A DNA stretch of 64,000 bases from Octopus sinensis (taxonomy: Eukaryota). Below are positions 41,904 to 54,770 of the stretch, one piece after another. Below the pieces are notes generated by a model. That model did not search any database. It had not been told where the DNA came from and saw nothing but the letters and a program-made list of their open reading frames with translations. Within the stretch, counting starts at the first letter, position 1. Each line of letters begins with the position of its first letter. A program made the position numbers and the translations under genes. The stretch lies in assembly GCF_006345805.1 (NCBI RefSeq), contig NC_043000.1, forward strand, positions 38,564,001 to 38,628,000, given 5' to 3'.

Positions 41904-43551
41904 ATTTGGGTGTGAGTATATGCGTGTGTGTGTGTGTGACAAAAGAATACCACTTAAATTGTTTGCCAATGTTAATAAATTGTTTAACATCTAATGTTTC
42001 CACTTTCTCTTTGATAATTCATAAGCATTGATATTCAACAATGGATGTTTAAGTCTTATTTACTTTACGAGGAGGTAAATGATAGTTGCAGTGCAAGCCC
42101 CCCCCCCTACCACACACACATCCGCACATACATACATAACATACATACACATGCACACACACATAACACAAACACACACGCACAAATCTTCCGAAAGTTT
42201 TTAGTGATGTAAGCGACATAAAATAGTTATAACCAAAACATGAAACAACAGAAGACTCTGCTGTTCTCGTACAAGAACTTTCCTACATTGCAGCACAATT
42301 TACAATTACATTTACATCTTTATGAATGTTATTTAAAAAGTTTTCTTTAAAAAAAAAGCAAAAGCCTATTTTATACACCCAAGAAAAAATCTTGATCCTT
42401 AAAAATAATCTTATATCCAAAAAACGAGTTTAATCCTTAAAAGATTCCTTGGAAATGTAAACTAGGAACTTCATTGAAGGCCTGACTTGATAATTCATGG
42501 TAATTTTATGGGTTTGTCTTCCGTCCAGGCTTTTTAATGTTAATAACCTCCATCATAAACGAAAAAGAAACGTAATTTTATAGAGAACTTATCCAAGCAA
42601 TCGAAACCTGAAAAAAATGAATACGTGAAAGAAGGATTTATTAATGTGAAAACACAACAAAATTGTGGAGGCCGTGGATGTATAAAACTATAATAGGATG
42701 ATCAATGGAACAAAGTAAGCCATGAATATACCTTGAAGTTTAAAGGACCGTTCCTAGCTATGTTCTATATGAATATTGCATCACTATTAAAGAATCTATT
42801 GGCATAATATTTAGGATATGGTGTGAGAGTGGATCATAAAGAAATGGCAGTGTAAAGAAAAATAAAGAAAACTTCCCCAAAACTGGTCCACAAAACCGTA
42901 AATTATTCCAGATTTGCAATAGGTTTAAATGCTACTTACACAAGCAGAAAATTGTTATTAGATACAGGAAGAAAAAATGAAGAAGTTTAGAGCAAGAACC
43001 AAACGACACAGAGAATATAATTAAAAAAAAAAATAGTTAGTGAATCCAACATATAAGAACGGAAATCGACTATAAATATTACAGAGTTTTTAAAACACAA
43101 CATCCATGTTGTCGGAAAATAAAGATTATTAAAGGCTGCATGCGTTGGTAAGCTACGGCATAAACTTAAGAACACATCATATTTAATGGATATTGATACA
43201 GTTTAAATATAGCTTGGGAATACTTAAACTATTGACAAGTAAGTCTAACAATAATAATAATAATCATAATAATAATAATAACATGCAGCACGGAATTTTG
43301 TCTGTGAACAGGTCGCAGTTTCAAAGCGACGAAAATATTTTGACAAATTAAATTTAAATGTTGAAGTGAATCTAACGGTTTTTGTGTGTTTATAAACACC
43401 TTCCCCGCTGCGATTGTTTTTGTTTCGGCACACGATCTTAGATCACATCACTTGCTATGCAAGTACATCTTCGTAATAATAATAATGATGATAATAATAA
43501 TAATAATAATAATATTAATAATAATAATAATAATAATAACAACAATAATAT

Positions 43552-43855
43552 GGAGACCTGACAATTGAGGTCGCTAAGATGCGGCAGCTACGAGAGTTGA
43601 ACATAAAGGTCATCCCTATTGTCATCGGAGCATTGGGTTCAATACCACCCAATCTGGAAAAACATCTGAAAACCTTAGAAATACCCTACAATCTAGATGT
43701 ATTGCAAGAGTCGGCATTACATGGAATTGCACGCATATTGTGTAAAGTATTGTCTGTCTGAGGTCCTTGTTATGACTTGACAAACAGTACAAACTCCTGG
43801 TAGATACAATATCGTCAATGAACAACATCACGATATTTCATACTGTGCGACGTCT
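43552..43855 (+). mobile_element. R4/Dong-clade 3' end
   Basis: DLTIEVAKMRQLRELNIKVIPIVIGALGSIPPNLEKHL...ARILCKVLSV*; (TAA)n flanks. Confidence 0.8.
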
Positions 43856-43864
43856 ATAATAATA

Positions 43865-44105
43865 ATGCCTCGATGCAATACCAGCGTTAGGATGTTCAAG
43901 ATTCGTTTTAGTGTAAAAGATACACTACAGCTACAACAAATATTCTGCTCCATGCCACAGATTTGCTTGTCACTTGCTTGACCTTAACCAGCGGAGCATG
44001 TCCCGTAGTGGCTGACGATATATGCATCTCTGATTACGAGCAGGAGTAGTGGGGGGGGAGCATCATAGCCGTATATTGAGAGGAATTCTTTGGGGTTTGA
44101 ATAAT
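43865..44105. mobile_element. 556-bp element, partial copy (left end)
   Basis: acagatttgcttgtc...tagtggctgacgata...gaggaattctttggggtttg; starts at a TAA tract. Confidence 0.75.
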
Positions 44106-44210
44106 ACCTGGATGATGTGTCCAACCACCATTTTTGGAATTAGTGGTAGATTAAAAACTAACATTCGAATTTATAGAGGAAAATAGCTATAACGGGCATG
44201 ACACATATAC

Positions 44211-44241
<31 letters not shown>

Positions 44242-45835
44242 TGTAGTATGTATGTATGTATGTATGTATGTATGTATGTATGTATGTATGTATTATGTGT
44301 GTATGTGTGTATGTTTGTATATATATATGTATGTATGTATGTATGTACATTGTATACATATATGCATATATGCTTACATACACACACAGGATTAACTGTG
44401 TGGTAATTAGCTTGCTTACCAACCACATGGTTACGGGTTCAGTCCTACTGCGTGGCACCTTGGGCAAGTGTCTTCTTCTATAGCTTAGGGTCAACCAAAG
44501 CCTTGTGAGTGGACTTCGTAGATGGAAACTGAAAGAAGCCAGTCATATATATATATATTTGTGTGAGTGTGTGTGTGTGTTTGTGTATATGTTAGTGTAT
44601 CTGTGTGTTTCCCCCCTAATATCATTTGACAACCGATGGTGGTGTGTTTACATCCCCGTAACTTAGCGGTTCGGCAAAAGATACCGATAGAATAAGTACT
44701 AGACTTACAAGAATAAGTCCTGGGGTTGTTTTGCTCGACTAAAGGCGGTGCTCCTGCATGGCCGCAGTCAACTGACTGAAACAAGTAAAAGCATAAAAGA
44801 ATAAAAGAATTTATGTATATATAAAGAGAGAGAAAGAGAAAGAGAGAGGGGGAAATGTGAGTCCTATGATAAACCTAACTATAATAAATAGTTTCTGTTT
44901 ATTATAACTCTGACTACACTCAAATCTGACCCCACCTCCCACTGGTTAGCATGGGGTCAGTGACCATTTCATGGACCAGCGTCATGCTATCTAATCATTC
45001 TGCTGCTTCTGTCCCAACCATATCCCTGCTACACAGAGATCGTTGGTCTCATATCAATTCCATCCGGGCCCACCCGAAAGATTCATCATTCCTAATGTGA
45101 TCACTTATATCATGTAATCCCACACCCTAGGTCTCACATTACGGACCCTACACAATTCTTCTTACACGCTCACCCTGATATAATTGTTTCTTATTATCAT
45201 AATTTTCCTTCAGTCATCGATTTCTGCTTGTTCAGAATAAACAATAACCTCATCGTGTCACCGGTTTAACAACGCCTGCGATAGCTACGGGTACAGCCTT
45301 TACCGCAGATCGAACTATTAAAATAAAAATGATCAATTTAACCTCAGATGTATTTTAGTTCGATGCCTTTGAACTTGAAACCTTTCGCAAATTACTGGAA
45401 ACATAAAAAGGTCAGTAATTAGTACAAGAGGTCACAAACCGTGACCAGCGTAACTAAATACTTTATTGTCATTTTCTAAGCCGTTTGACATTTCTGATTT
45501 ATTATCAAGTAAAAGACGTTTTTATAAAAATAATTACTAGCAACAAAATTGAATCAATCATTTGAAATTTCTCCCATTAAAATAATTAGACACCTACATA
45601 GTCAATAAAAACATTACCTGAGCTCTTCTTACGAAAAAAAAATCTTCTGATAATGCTTTCATCTTGTCAACGATTAACTAAGCTACTCTGAAACTTCCCA
45701 AACAATTAATTTAATTTGGTAAACACCTTATGATTTTCTTCGGAGGAACATAAAACACAGAGATAAAAAAATACACCAACTTTTCATTAGAGTTCGGTTT
45801 ATCAAAGTATTTTTCCCTTCACTCTCTACATCTCA

Positions 45836-45874
<39 letters not shown>

Positions 45875-45901
45875 GTAAGTATGTATATATGTATGTATGT
45901 A

Positions 45902-45995
<94 letters not shown>

Positions 45996-46221
45996 GTATA
46001 TATATATATATACATATATACATATATATACGTAAGTATGTATATGTATATATGTGTATATGTCTGTGTGTGTGTGTGTGCATTTATATACACTCTGTGT
46101 CTATGTAATTCGTGTGCATGAAAAGCTGAAAACAGCGAATGATGAGTGGTTGCACGAAAGCTTTTTTCATTATGTCTTTGTTAATCTTCTTTCACTAAAG
46201 TTATTTTATATAGCTAATAAC

Positions 46222-46277
<56 letters not shown>

Positions 46278-46369
46278 GGAGGAAGAGCAAAGAAAAATAA
46301 CAAACAACAGCAAAAAGCAAAAATAATAACAACAACCACAACAATAACAGTAGTACTAGCAAAATACTT

Positions 46370-47075
46370 AGAAGCAAAAAGTGGAAGACTATTATATTTA
46401 ATAAAGCAAAAGGAAGAAGAGCAAACGCCTGTTTGTTTACCAAAGGAGGAGGTGATAAAATACAATACAGAAACAAACCGCGCTGATAAACTGATCTCAG
46501 AAGACAACATTGCAGAAATGGTGAAAGAGACAAAAAGAACCCACCCACCCCAAATCACAAAAAAACATGGAAACAGAACTACAAAATATAGTAAAGAATT
46601 AACGGAAACCCCAACCAATGCCCTGCAAGGCGTCACAGAGAAGTCACCCTAAGTAAAAGCCAGCAGTGACTCAAAAGATCTGGACTAAATGCAGAAACGG
46701 AAGGACTGATTCTCTCTGCACAAGATCAATGCCTGACCAGAAACAGCTATAAAAGCAAAATAATGAAAGCAGGTCTTAATACGAAATGCAAAATTTTCAA
46801 CCTGCTCAACGAGATAGTTGTCAACATCATCTTTGGCTGTCCAATGTACATACGGACATGGCAAAATAAATATTTATATTCACTGGACAACATACCAAAA
46901 ACTAGAGCATAAAAAGTAACAGGAAATGGTATAAACATGTGCAAAACAAGGTACATGACAACGATCAGGTGAAAACCTGCAATATACCTGTTCAAGCTGA
47001 CGAAGAAATAAAGGCTAATCGTCCAGACATAACAATCAAGGATCGAGAAAGAAATACCTGCTTACTGATGACTGG
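46370..47075 (+). mobile_element. Decayed R4/Dong-clade fragment
   Basis: GLNAETEGLILSAQDQCL, KCK...I..GCP, KANRPDITIKDRE. Confidence 0.7.
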
Positions 47076-47619
47076 AGAATTGACTATAATAAAAAAAAAA
47101 CCGTGTGAACAAAAACATAGAATCTATACCTGGACACTCAACACTATACACTATCCAAAAGGTAGCCCTGCTGGGAACTGCCCAGATCCTACGGAAGTCA
47201 TTATCAATTTAATAGTGGAACCCAAATAAAACAATCTACAAACACAGGACACTTTGTACAGTAAATATCCGATAAAATAAACAACCCCCACAACATGTAC
47301 ACTACAGGTCGGATATCCAACAGAAAAATTCACAATGCTGCACTCATACACCTAAGCAACATAGATGTGCAGCAGGGGATGCAGTAGAACTCTGCCTGAT
47401 ACTACCACAACAATAATAATAATCCTAGGCCTGAAATCAGTTGTGGGTGTCAGTGCTGATATGGTGCCTACTTCATAGACCCCGAAATATAAGAAAGTCG
47501 ACCTGGACGTTATTTGAGCTCGGAATGTAAAATCGCAAAAAATGTCGCTACGTATTTTGTTCAGCGCGAAAACCATCTTACCAGCTCACCGCCATGTTTC
47601 TAATATAGGTTCACAAGAA

Positions 47620-47832
47620 GGTGGCGAGCAGGCAGAAACGTTAACACGCCGGGCGAAATACTTGGCAGTATTTCGTCTGTCTTCGTGTTCTGAGTTCAAA
47701 TTCCGCCGAGGTCGACTTTGCCTTTCATCCTTTTGGGGTCGATTAAATAAGTACCAGTTTCGCACTAGAGTCGATCTAATCGACTGGCCCCTCCTCCTCC
47801 AAAATTTCGGGCCTTGCGCCTAGAGTAGAAAG
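47620..47832 (+). mobile_element. tRNA-derived SINE family B (gagttcaaattccgccgaggtcgactttgcctttcatcc...), representative copy
   Basis: Other copies at about 6562-6680, 11232-11432(-), 11455-11605(-), 13788-13990(-), 15848-15980, 18360-18565, 20455-20602(-), 24648-24850, 27555-27765(-), 38650-39062(-), 47870-48020(-), 51470-51670, 53710-53915(-), 60690-60870(-). Confidence 0.85.
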
Positions 47833-49349
47833 GAAAAGAATATAGGTTCAAAGGCTGACCGTTTGTGGGAAGTGGCTGGTCAATTGCATCGACCTTAGTT
47901 CTCAATTGCTACTTATTTTACGACCCCCGAATGGATGAAAGGCAAAGTCAACCTCGGCAGAATTTGAGCTCAGAATGTAATGAGGCGGAAGAAATAGCGC
48001 TAAGCATTTTCTGCGACACAGTAGCGATTGCGCTAGGCCATAGCCTTCTTAATAATAGTAATAAAAATAACAGTAATCTTGACACATACACACACAAGCA
48101 CATACACATACATGCAGACATACATGCATACATACATACATACACATATACATACATAAATACTTACGTACATACATACATACATACATACATACATACA
48201 TACATACATACGCACAGACATACATATGGAGAAATCTAATTCGAAGACTACAGATCCAAGCCATTACTGGAACTGTAAAAGTCTGTAGAACTTTGCAGAA
48301 GTTTATAATTTAAATATATATGAGCATGTCTAGATATGCAACTATATGCATGAGAATACATACATAAAACAAAACATACAAAATTGCACGTATGTTTACA
48401 TACATACATGCATACAAAAATGCCCTGTTGTTGTTGTTGAGACTCCAGTGAAGGAGCGTTGGATCTGGGTTGGAGGACGGCTCTTTCTCTAGTGGCATAC
48501 ATACATACATACATACATTCATTCAAACAAACAAAAATACCATACTGTCCATGTTGAAATTCCAATAAAGGAGTCTTGAATCTAGGTTAGAAACCGTCTC
48601 TTTCTCTACTGGCAAAAAAATCTTGAAATAAAACTAAAGATATACATGCATACATACATGCAAACATACATACATACATACAGACAGACATATATACATA
48701 CAGACATATATACATACATACGGACAGATATATATACATACATACATACATACATACATACCTGCATACATAAATACATAATATATAAACAAGACATCCT
48801 AAAGAAGGATGAAGAATTACAGTATTATTTTCATCCTCTCGTATGTCTGACTGTATTTATAATGGTCATGACAGCTAGAAGGACTGACATACCACAGTAG
48901 TAATTCCTACCTATGTAGGTCGCCTCCTGTCCAGTTGAACCTTAACCGACACGGCTCAGGTCGTGGGTCGAAGGGGAAATGATCCATCACTTTTTGACAG
49001 GATAAAGAAATTTCTTTCGCGCCTGTTTGGCCAGTGGTGGATCAGGGTGGATCAGACGAGCGAGAATACTTAGATTCGCTTTCGAATCTCAGCTCGGAAA
49101 AAGGAAGTATTATGTAATCTATGTAACGATTACTTGTAAACAAATGTAATTAATTATAACCGAACCAACATTTTTAATTATAACCGACGCAACATTTTTA
49201 CACTCAAAATCAGTTGTGTTCACAAATAAGATGACTACGTTTGTTAATTAAACCATTTTCATTTTGATCAAACAACGCACAGAAGTAGAAAAAAACTGCA
49301 AAAGCAAAAAAAAAAAGCAACAAAATAAAACAAAAGTAGTCGAACTTAC

Positions 49350-49557
49350 AAATGTTAGCTTTTGACTGCCGTATCATTGCTTCCCCTTTTGACAGCTTCC
49401 TGTCTTTAACATGATATTCCAGTCTTCGAGATATAACTTCGGAAAAGTTACGCATAACTGACATCAATGCTTCGCCCTCCGTTCCGCTCGGCTCAGTAGC
49501 GTTCCACCCGACTTCATTTCTTCTGTTCAGCAGGTTATCCACTATCCGGGTGACAAG
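49350..49557 (-). CDS. Adhesion GPCR-like gene, exon B (208 nt, phase 0-1), GAIN subdomain A helices: LVTRIVDNLLNRRNEVGWNATEPSGTEGEALMSVMRNFSEVISRRLEYHVKDRKLSKGEAMIRQSKANI
   Basis: Acceptor aactatttcag, donor T|gtaagt. The VDNLL...W...L...F...NI pattern matches latrophilin-type GAIN-A as I recall it. Overlaps supplied ORF 49210..49542. Confidence 0.88.
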
Positions 49558-49565
49558 CTGAAATA

Positions 49566-49579
49566 GTTACCATAGCAAC
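49566..49579. promoter_or_regulatory. RFX X-box motif GTTACCATAGCAAC
   Basis: Full match to the palindromic GTTRCCATRGYAAC consensus; extra half-site ATAGCAAC at 49626-49633. Function not demonstrated. Confidence 0.5.
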
Positions 49580-49854
49580 GTTTTCAAATACAGAAAAGAG
49601 TACAGAAAATACAAAAAAAAAAAAAGATAGCAACCCCGAGAAACAAATCCCTTTTACTAATTTCCTCTGTTTATTATAACAAAGTTAATAAAATTAAAAA
49701 TAAAAACAGAAGAAAGTGGCTTGGAAGTAAAACATGTAAGAAACATGAACAAGATCGGTTCTACATATGCGTGTGTGCGTGTGTGTGTGCGTATGCGTGT
49801 GTGTGCGTATGCGTGTGTGTGCGTGTGCGCGTGTATATGCGCTCATGTGCATAT

Positions 49855-50034
49855 GCATATATATATATATGTATATATACATATATATATATGTATATAC
49901 GTATATATATATAGATATGTATATATATATGTATATATGTATATCTATATATATGTATAATATGTATATATATATATATATATATACTATTAAAAGGGAT
50001 GTAGCCTTTTTCTCTACAGAAATATACATATATA

Positions 50035-50100
<66 letters not shown>

Positions 50101-50148
50101 GTATAATATATATATATATATATAGATATGTATATATATATATATGTA

Positions 50149-50200
<52 letters not shown>
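49855..50200. repeat. Degenerate (TA)n tract with internal sub-duplications
   Basis: Direct reading. Confidence 0.9.
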
Positions 50201-50201
<1 letters not shown>

Positions 50202-50652
50202 GTACTAAGTAGTAAACCACACAGACATGTATGTACGGGCGCAAGTATGCTCACGTGTTCATAATATACTAACATCAGCAGGAATATACACACAAGCTCA
50301 TATACACAAAAAACGCACGTAAAAAACACTGACGCACTCACGTATAAAAGACAGAGACACACGCACAAACATACACACACACAGAGGCACAAACAGACAT
50401 ACACACATACACGCACACACATGTGTAAAATAAATGTGGAAAGATGAGAATGAGTTTCCTATACATATGCGGCTTATTTATTCGTTCGATGTCTCTGCTC
50501 CGTTACAGCATTTTGTACGATCGTACATGTGTTAGAGAGCTGAATCTTTTTATCGCCCTCGGGATGGTACATAGCGTGGTAAAGACAATATTCAAACGAG
50601 CTTTTATAAAATATACATACATATACACAAATACCATATATACATACGTACA

Positions 50653-50724
<72 letters not shown>

Positions 50725-50772
50725 CATAATATATATGTGTATATATAATATATATACACCGACCACACCACA

Positions 50773-50818
<46 letters not shown>

Positions 50819-52181
50819 GTGTGTGTGTGTGTGTGTGTGTGCGTGGTGTGGTGTGTGCATGTATATATTATATATATATATTTGTCTATGTATGTGCGTG
50901 AATGAGTGATACGTAGGTATTTTGGGTAAGTTTATATAAACATACATATTCTACCTACCTACATTCATATCTATTTGCCTCTCTCTCTCTCTCTCTATTT
51001 ATTGACCCCCCCCCTATCAATCAATCTATCAATCTACCTAGTCTTCTGGTTGTTTAAATATCTAGTTAACGCTATTTATTTAACAACATATCAAATACAA
51101 TTTTCTCTGACCTTAGTTATAAACATTAGGGGAGCATTACCCAATGCAAGAAGTAAAGTATAACTAATTTAATTGACTGAACTATTTGCCATTATTCGGA
51201 CTGCGCATGATTACTCCTTCACAGATGATATTTATTGGTGAAAACAAAATCATAAAAACCACAGACAAAATAACAAGATGGCGACGAATGAAGCGCATTT
51301 CTATTTGCTAATGGTGTCTTGCGTGACTGACGCGCAAAAACATCTGACAGATTGAAGAGGGTTTACTCAATGACAGGGCTATGGAAATCACGCACAGATT
51401 TAAATTCGATATTGTGAAAAGGTTGCAAAATAGAATTAACTAAATGAATAAACAAATATACGCTTGTAAACAAGGCAGAATCGTTAGCACGCCTAGCGAA
51501 TGGCTGAGCGGCCTTTCGTCTGTCTTTATGTTCTGAGTTCAAACTCCAACGAGAGCGACTTTGCTTTTCATCTTCTCGTGGTCGATAAAATAATTACCAG
51601 TTGACCATTGACGTTGGTGTAATACACTTAACCCCTTAGCACGAAATTGCTGGCTCTGCCAAAATTTGAAGCCAATATATACACCTTACTTCATTCGATC
51701 ACAAACACATGGTTACAGATACATAGATATACACATAGACGCAGCGAATGAGAGAGAAATAAAAATAGGCAGAATGAGAACCTATTACTTTTTTAGGAAT
51801 CAGTCGCCGTCCATACCTGCGTGTGTTTGTGCACGAGTGTATACTTGTGTACATGTGTGTGCACGTACACATATTTGTTAATACGTTCTTTAATCAGTTA
51901 ATAAACAAAATGCGTAAGGGCATGTGAGTATAAGTGAGTGTATGTGCATGCAAATGTGCTGTGTGTGTGTGTGTGTATGTATACTGTATGTGTTATGTAT
52001 GATCACGTGTATTGGTGGGTGCTTGTATGTGTCCATATGTGTGCATGTATATAGATGTGTATATGGGTGCATGCCTGTTTGTGTGTTATGTGTATGTATG
52101 AATCAACGACTGTGTGTGTATGTGTGTGTGTGTGCGTGCGCGCGCGCGCGCGTATGTGTGTGTGTGTGTTTGTGCGTGCGC

Positions 52182-52225
<44 letters not shown>

Positions 52226-52608
52226 ATGTGTGTGTGTGTGTTTGTGCGCGCGCGTATGTGTGTGTGTGGTGTGTGTGTGTATTTGTGCATACAAGCTGAG
52301 ATTGGCACGTAAAAAAATAACTTTCATTTTGAATTGTTAATGGTTATATAAACACATCAATGAACACGGGTACATCCTTATTACTCGCTTCCCTACTTTA
52401 CTGCGTTCCCTAGCGGAAGATTTTATGCGAGACAAGATCATACATATGCATTGTATGTCGTGTATCAGATGTTGACGATCTCTGTGAGTCTTACATTGTA
52501 TCGATGCAAAGTCGCAACTCTCTCATTTCTACAATGTATTCAGTAGAGGAGAAATTCTTAAATTATGACGTACCTTCAGATGTGACTCGTTACCGAGACT
52601 GGGTGTGA

Positions 52609-52643
<35 letters not shown>

Positions 52644-52835
52644 AGAAAAAAATGTATCAGAAAGGAACTCTATCTCTCTTTAAAAAATATCTTTTGATAA
52701 GCATAACAAATGCGCAACCGGTAAAAAGAACTTTCACCTAATTAAATACACTCTCCCTTACTTAAATTATTTTGTCAGCATTTTCTTCATTTCCCTTTTT
52801 TATATATCACAACTCGAGTTCCACATCTCCTTTTT

Positions 52836-52877
<42 letters not shown>

Positions 52878-54374
52878 TGTACGTATATCATATATATATA
52901 CTTATATATATGTATATACACTTATATATATATATATATTCTTGTGTATATGTATTTTGTTTCATAATTATATTTGCATTTTATATTTTTATAATTGTAC
53001 TTTATAATCTCTGCCGAGGCCTTGAGATATATATATATAAGTAACTCATTTTCAAGTGCATATTACTTCAATACATATGACTAATATAGGCACAATGAGA
53101 TACCTTTATCTACAGCTGTAAGATTCATTTTATATGTATTATTTTTATGGTATTACCTTACTTATTGATGTATATTGTTTTATTCTGTTTTATTCTGTTG
53201 GATTTGGATGTTCCTATTTAAGTACTCTTTTACTTGTTTCAGTCATTTGACTGCGACCATGCTGGAGCACCGCCTTTAATCGAGCAACTCGACCCCGGGA
53301 CTTATTCTTTTGTAAGCCCAGTACTTATTCTATCGGTCTCTTTGCCGAACCGCTAAGTAACGGGGACATAAACACACCAGCATCGGTTGTCAAGCAATGC
53401 CTGGGGGACAAACACAGACACACAAACACACACACACACATATATATATACATATATACGACGAGCTTCTTTCAGTTTCCGTCTACCAAATCCACTCACA
53501 AGGCTTTGGTCGGCCCGAGGCTATAGTAGAAGACACTTGCCCAAGGTGCCACGCAGTGGGACTGAACCCGGAACAAGCTACTTACCACACAGCCACTCCT
53601 GCGCCTAGTTAATAAATAATATGAATTGGTATTTTCTGTAAGTTGATGATTGAAAGGAATCTGTTCCTCCGTTTTCTTATTTGTATTATATATATATATA
53701 TACTTTTCTAATCGAAGCACAATGCCCGAAATTATTTGGGAGGGAGGCAGTCGATTACATCGACTCCAGTACGTAACTGGAACTTAATTTATCGACCCCG
53801 AAAGGATGAAAGAAAAAATCTACCTTGGTGGAATTTGAACTCAGAACGTAAAGACATACGAAATACTGCTAAACATTTCACCCGGCATGCTAACGTTTCT
53901 GCCAGATTGCCGCCTTATGAGTGTATATATATGGGTGACCCCCTTAGATCCTGAATGACCATGGGATTGCACCTACAAAATTACCCTCGTGGGCAAGATT
54001 GTTTATGGAAGACCAGTAGTCGCCCATGCATACCGGCCTCCCCTCTCCACGCCACCAGTGTTATACAAAGGAAAGGTAAAGACCGATACAGATTGGCACC
54101 AGTGACGTCGCAGCTCATATTTACAGGTGTGTGGACTGGAGCAACTTGAAATAAACACGTGTTGTATTCTTGCTCAAGAACACACCACGTATTTTTGTGC
54201 TATTGACACCACTGGAATGAAATATATTGACCAGGTGCCGAAATCGTAATGATACCTGCGGGGCAACTGATGATGGAGGTATTGAGAGTATTGGTATATA
54301 TATATACATGTTAGCACGCTCATACACGCAAGCACACACGTATATACAGACGCACACGCACTCATATATATATG

Positions 54375-54453
<79 letters not shown>

Positions 54454-54672
54454 TAGTATGTCGAGGCTCTGAAACTTCTTATTTATCCCATTATTGCACT
54501 ACTGTTAATGTGTGTTCTGCACAGAAAATATTATTCCGTGCAATTCAATAACTTGTGGATAACATACCCACAACTTCTAATGGTTATGTATCGTGTTTTT
54601 GAAATATTTTAGCACATATTTAATCAAATAAATCACAGAGAATAAAGATGTAGAGAAGAATATAGTAATAAT

Positions 54673-54719
<47 letters not shown>

Positions 54720-54727
54720 TGATGATG

Positions 54728-54770
<43 letters not shown>

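Noticed and set aside
49001-49107. Possible plus-strand exon (tttttgacag|DKEISFAPVWPVVDQGG...), or an editing-complementary sequence for exon B
   Set aside because: No partner exons found, and matches to exon B are only 6-8 nt with inconsistent spacing.
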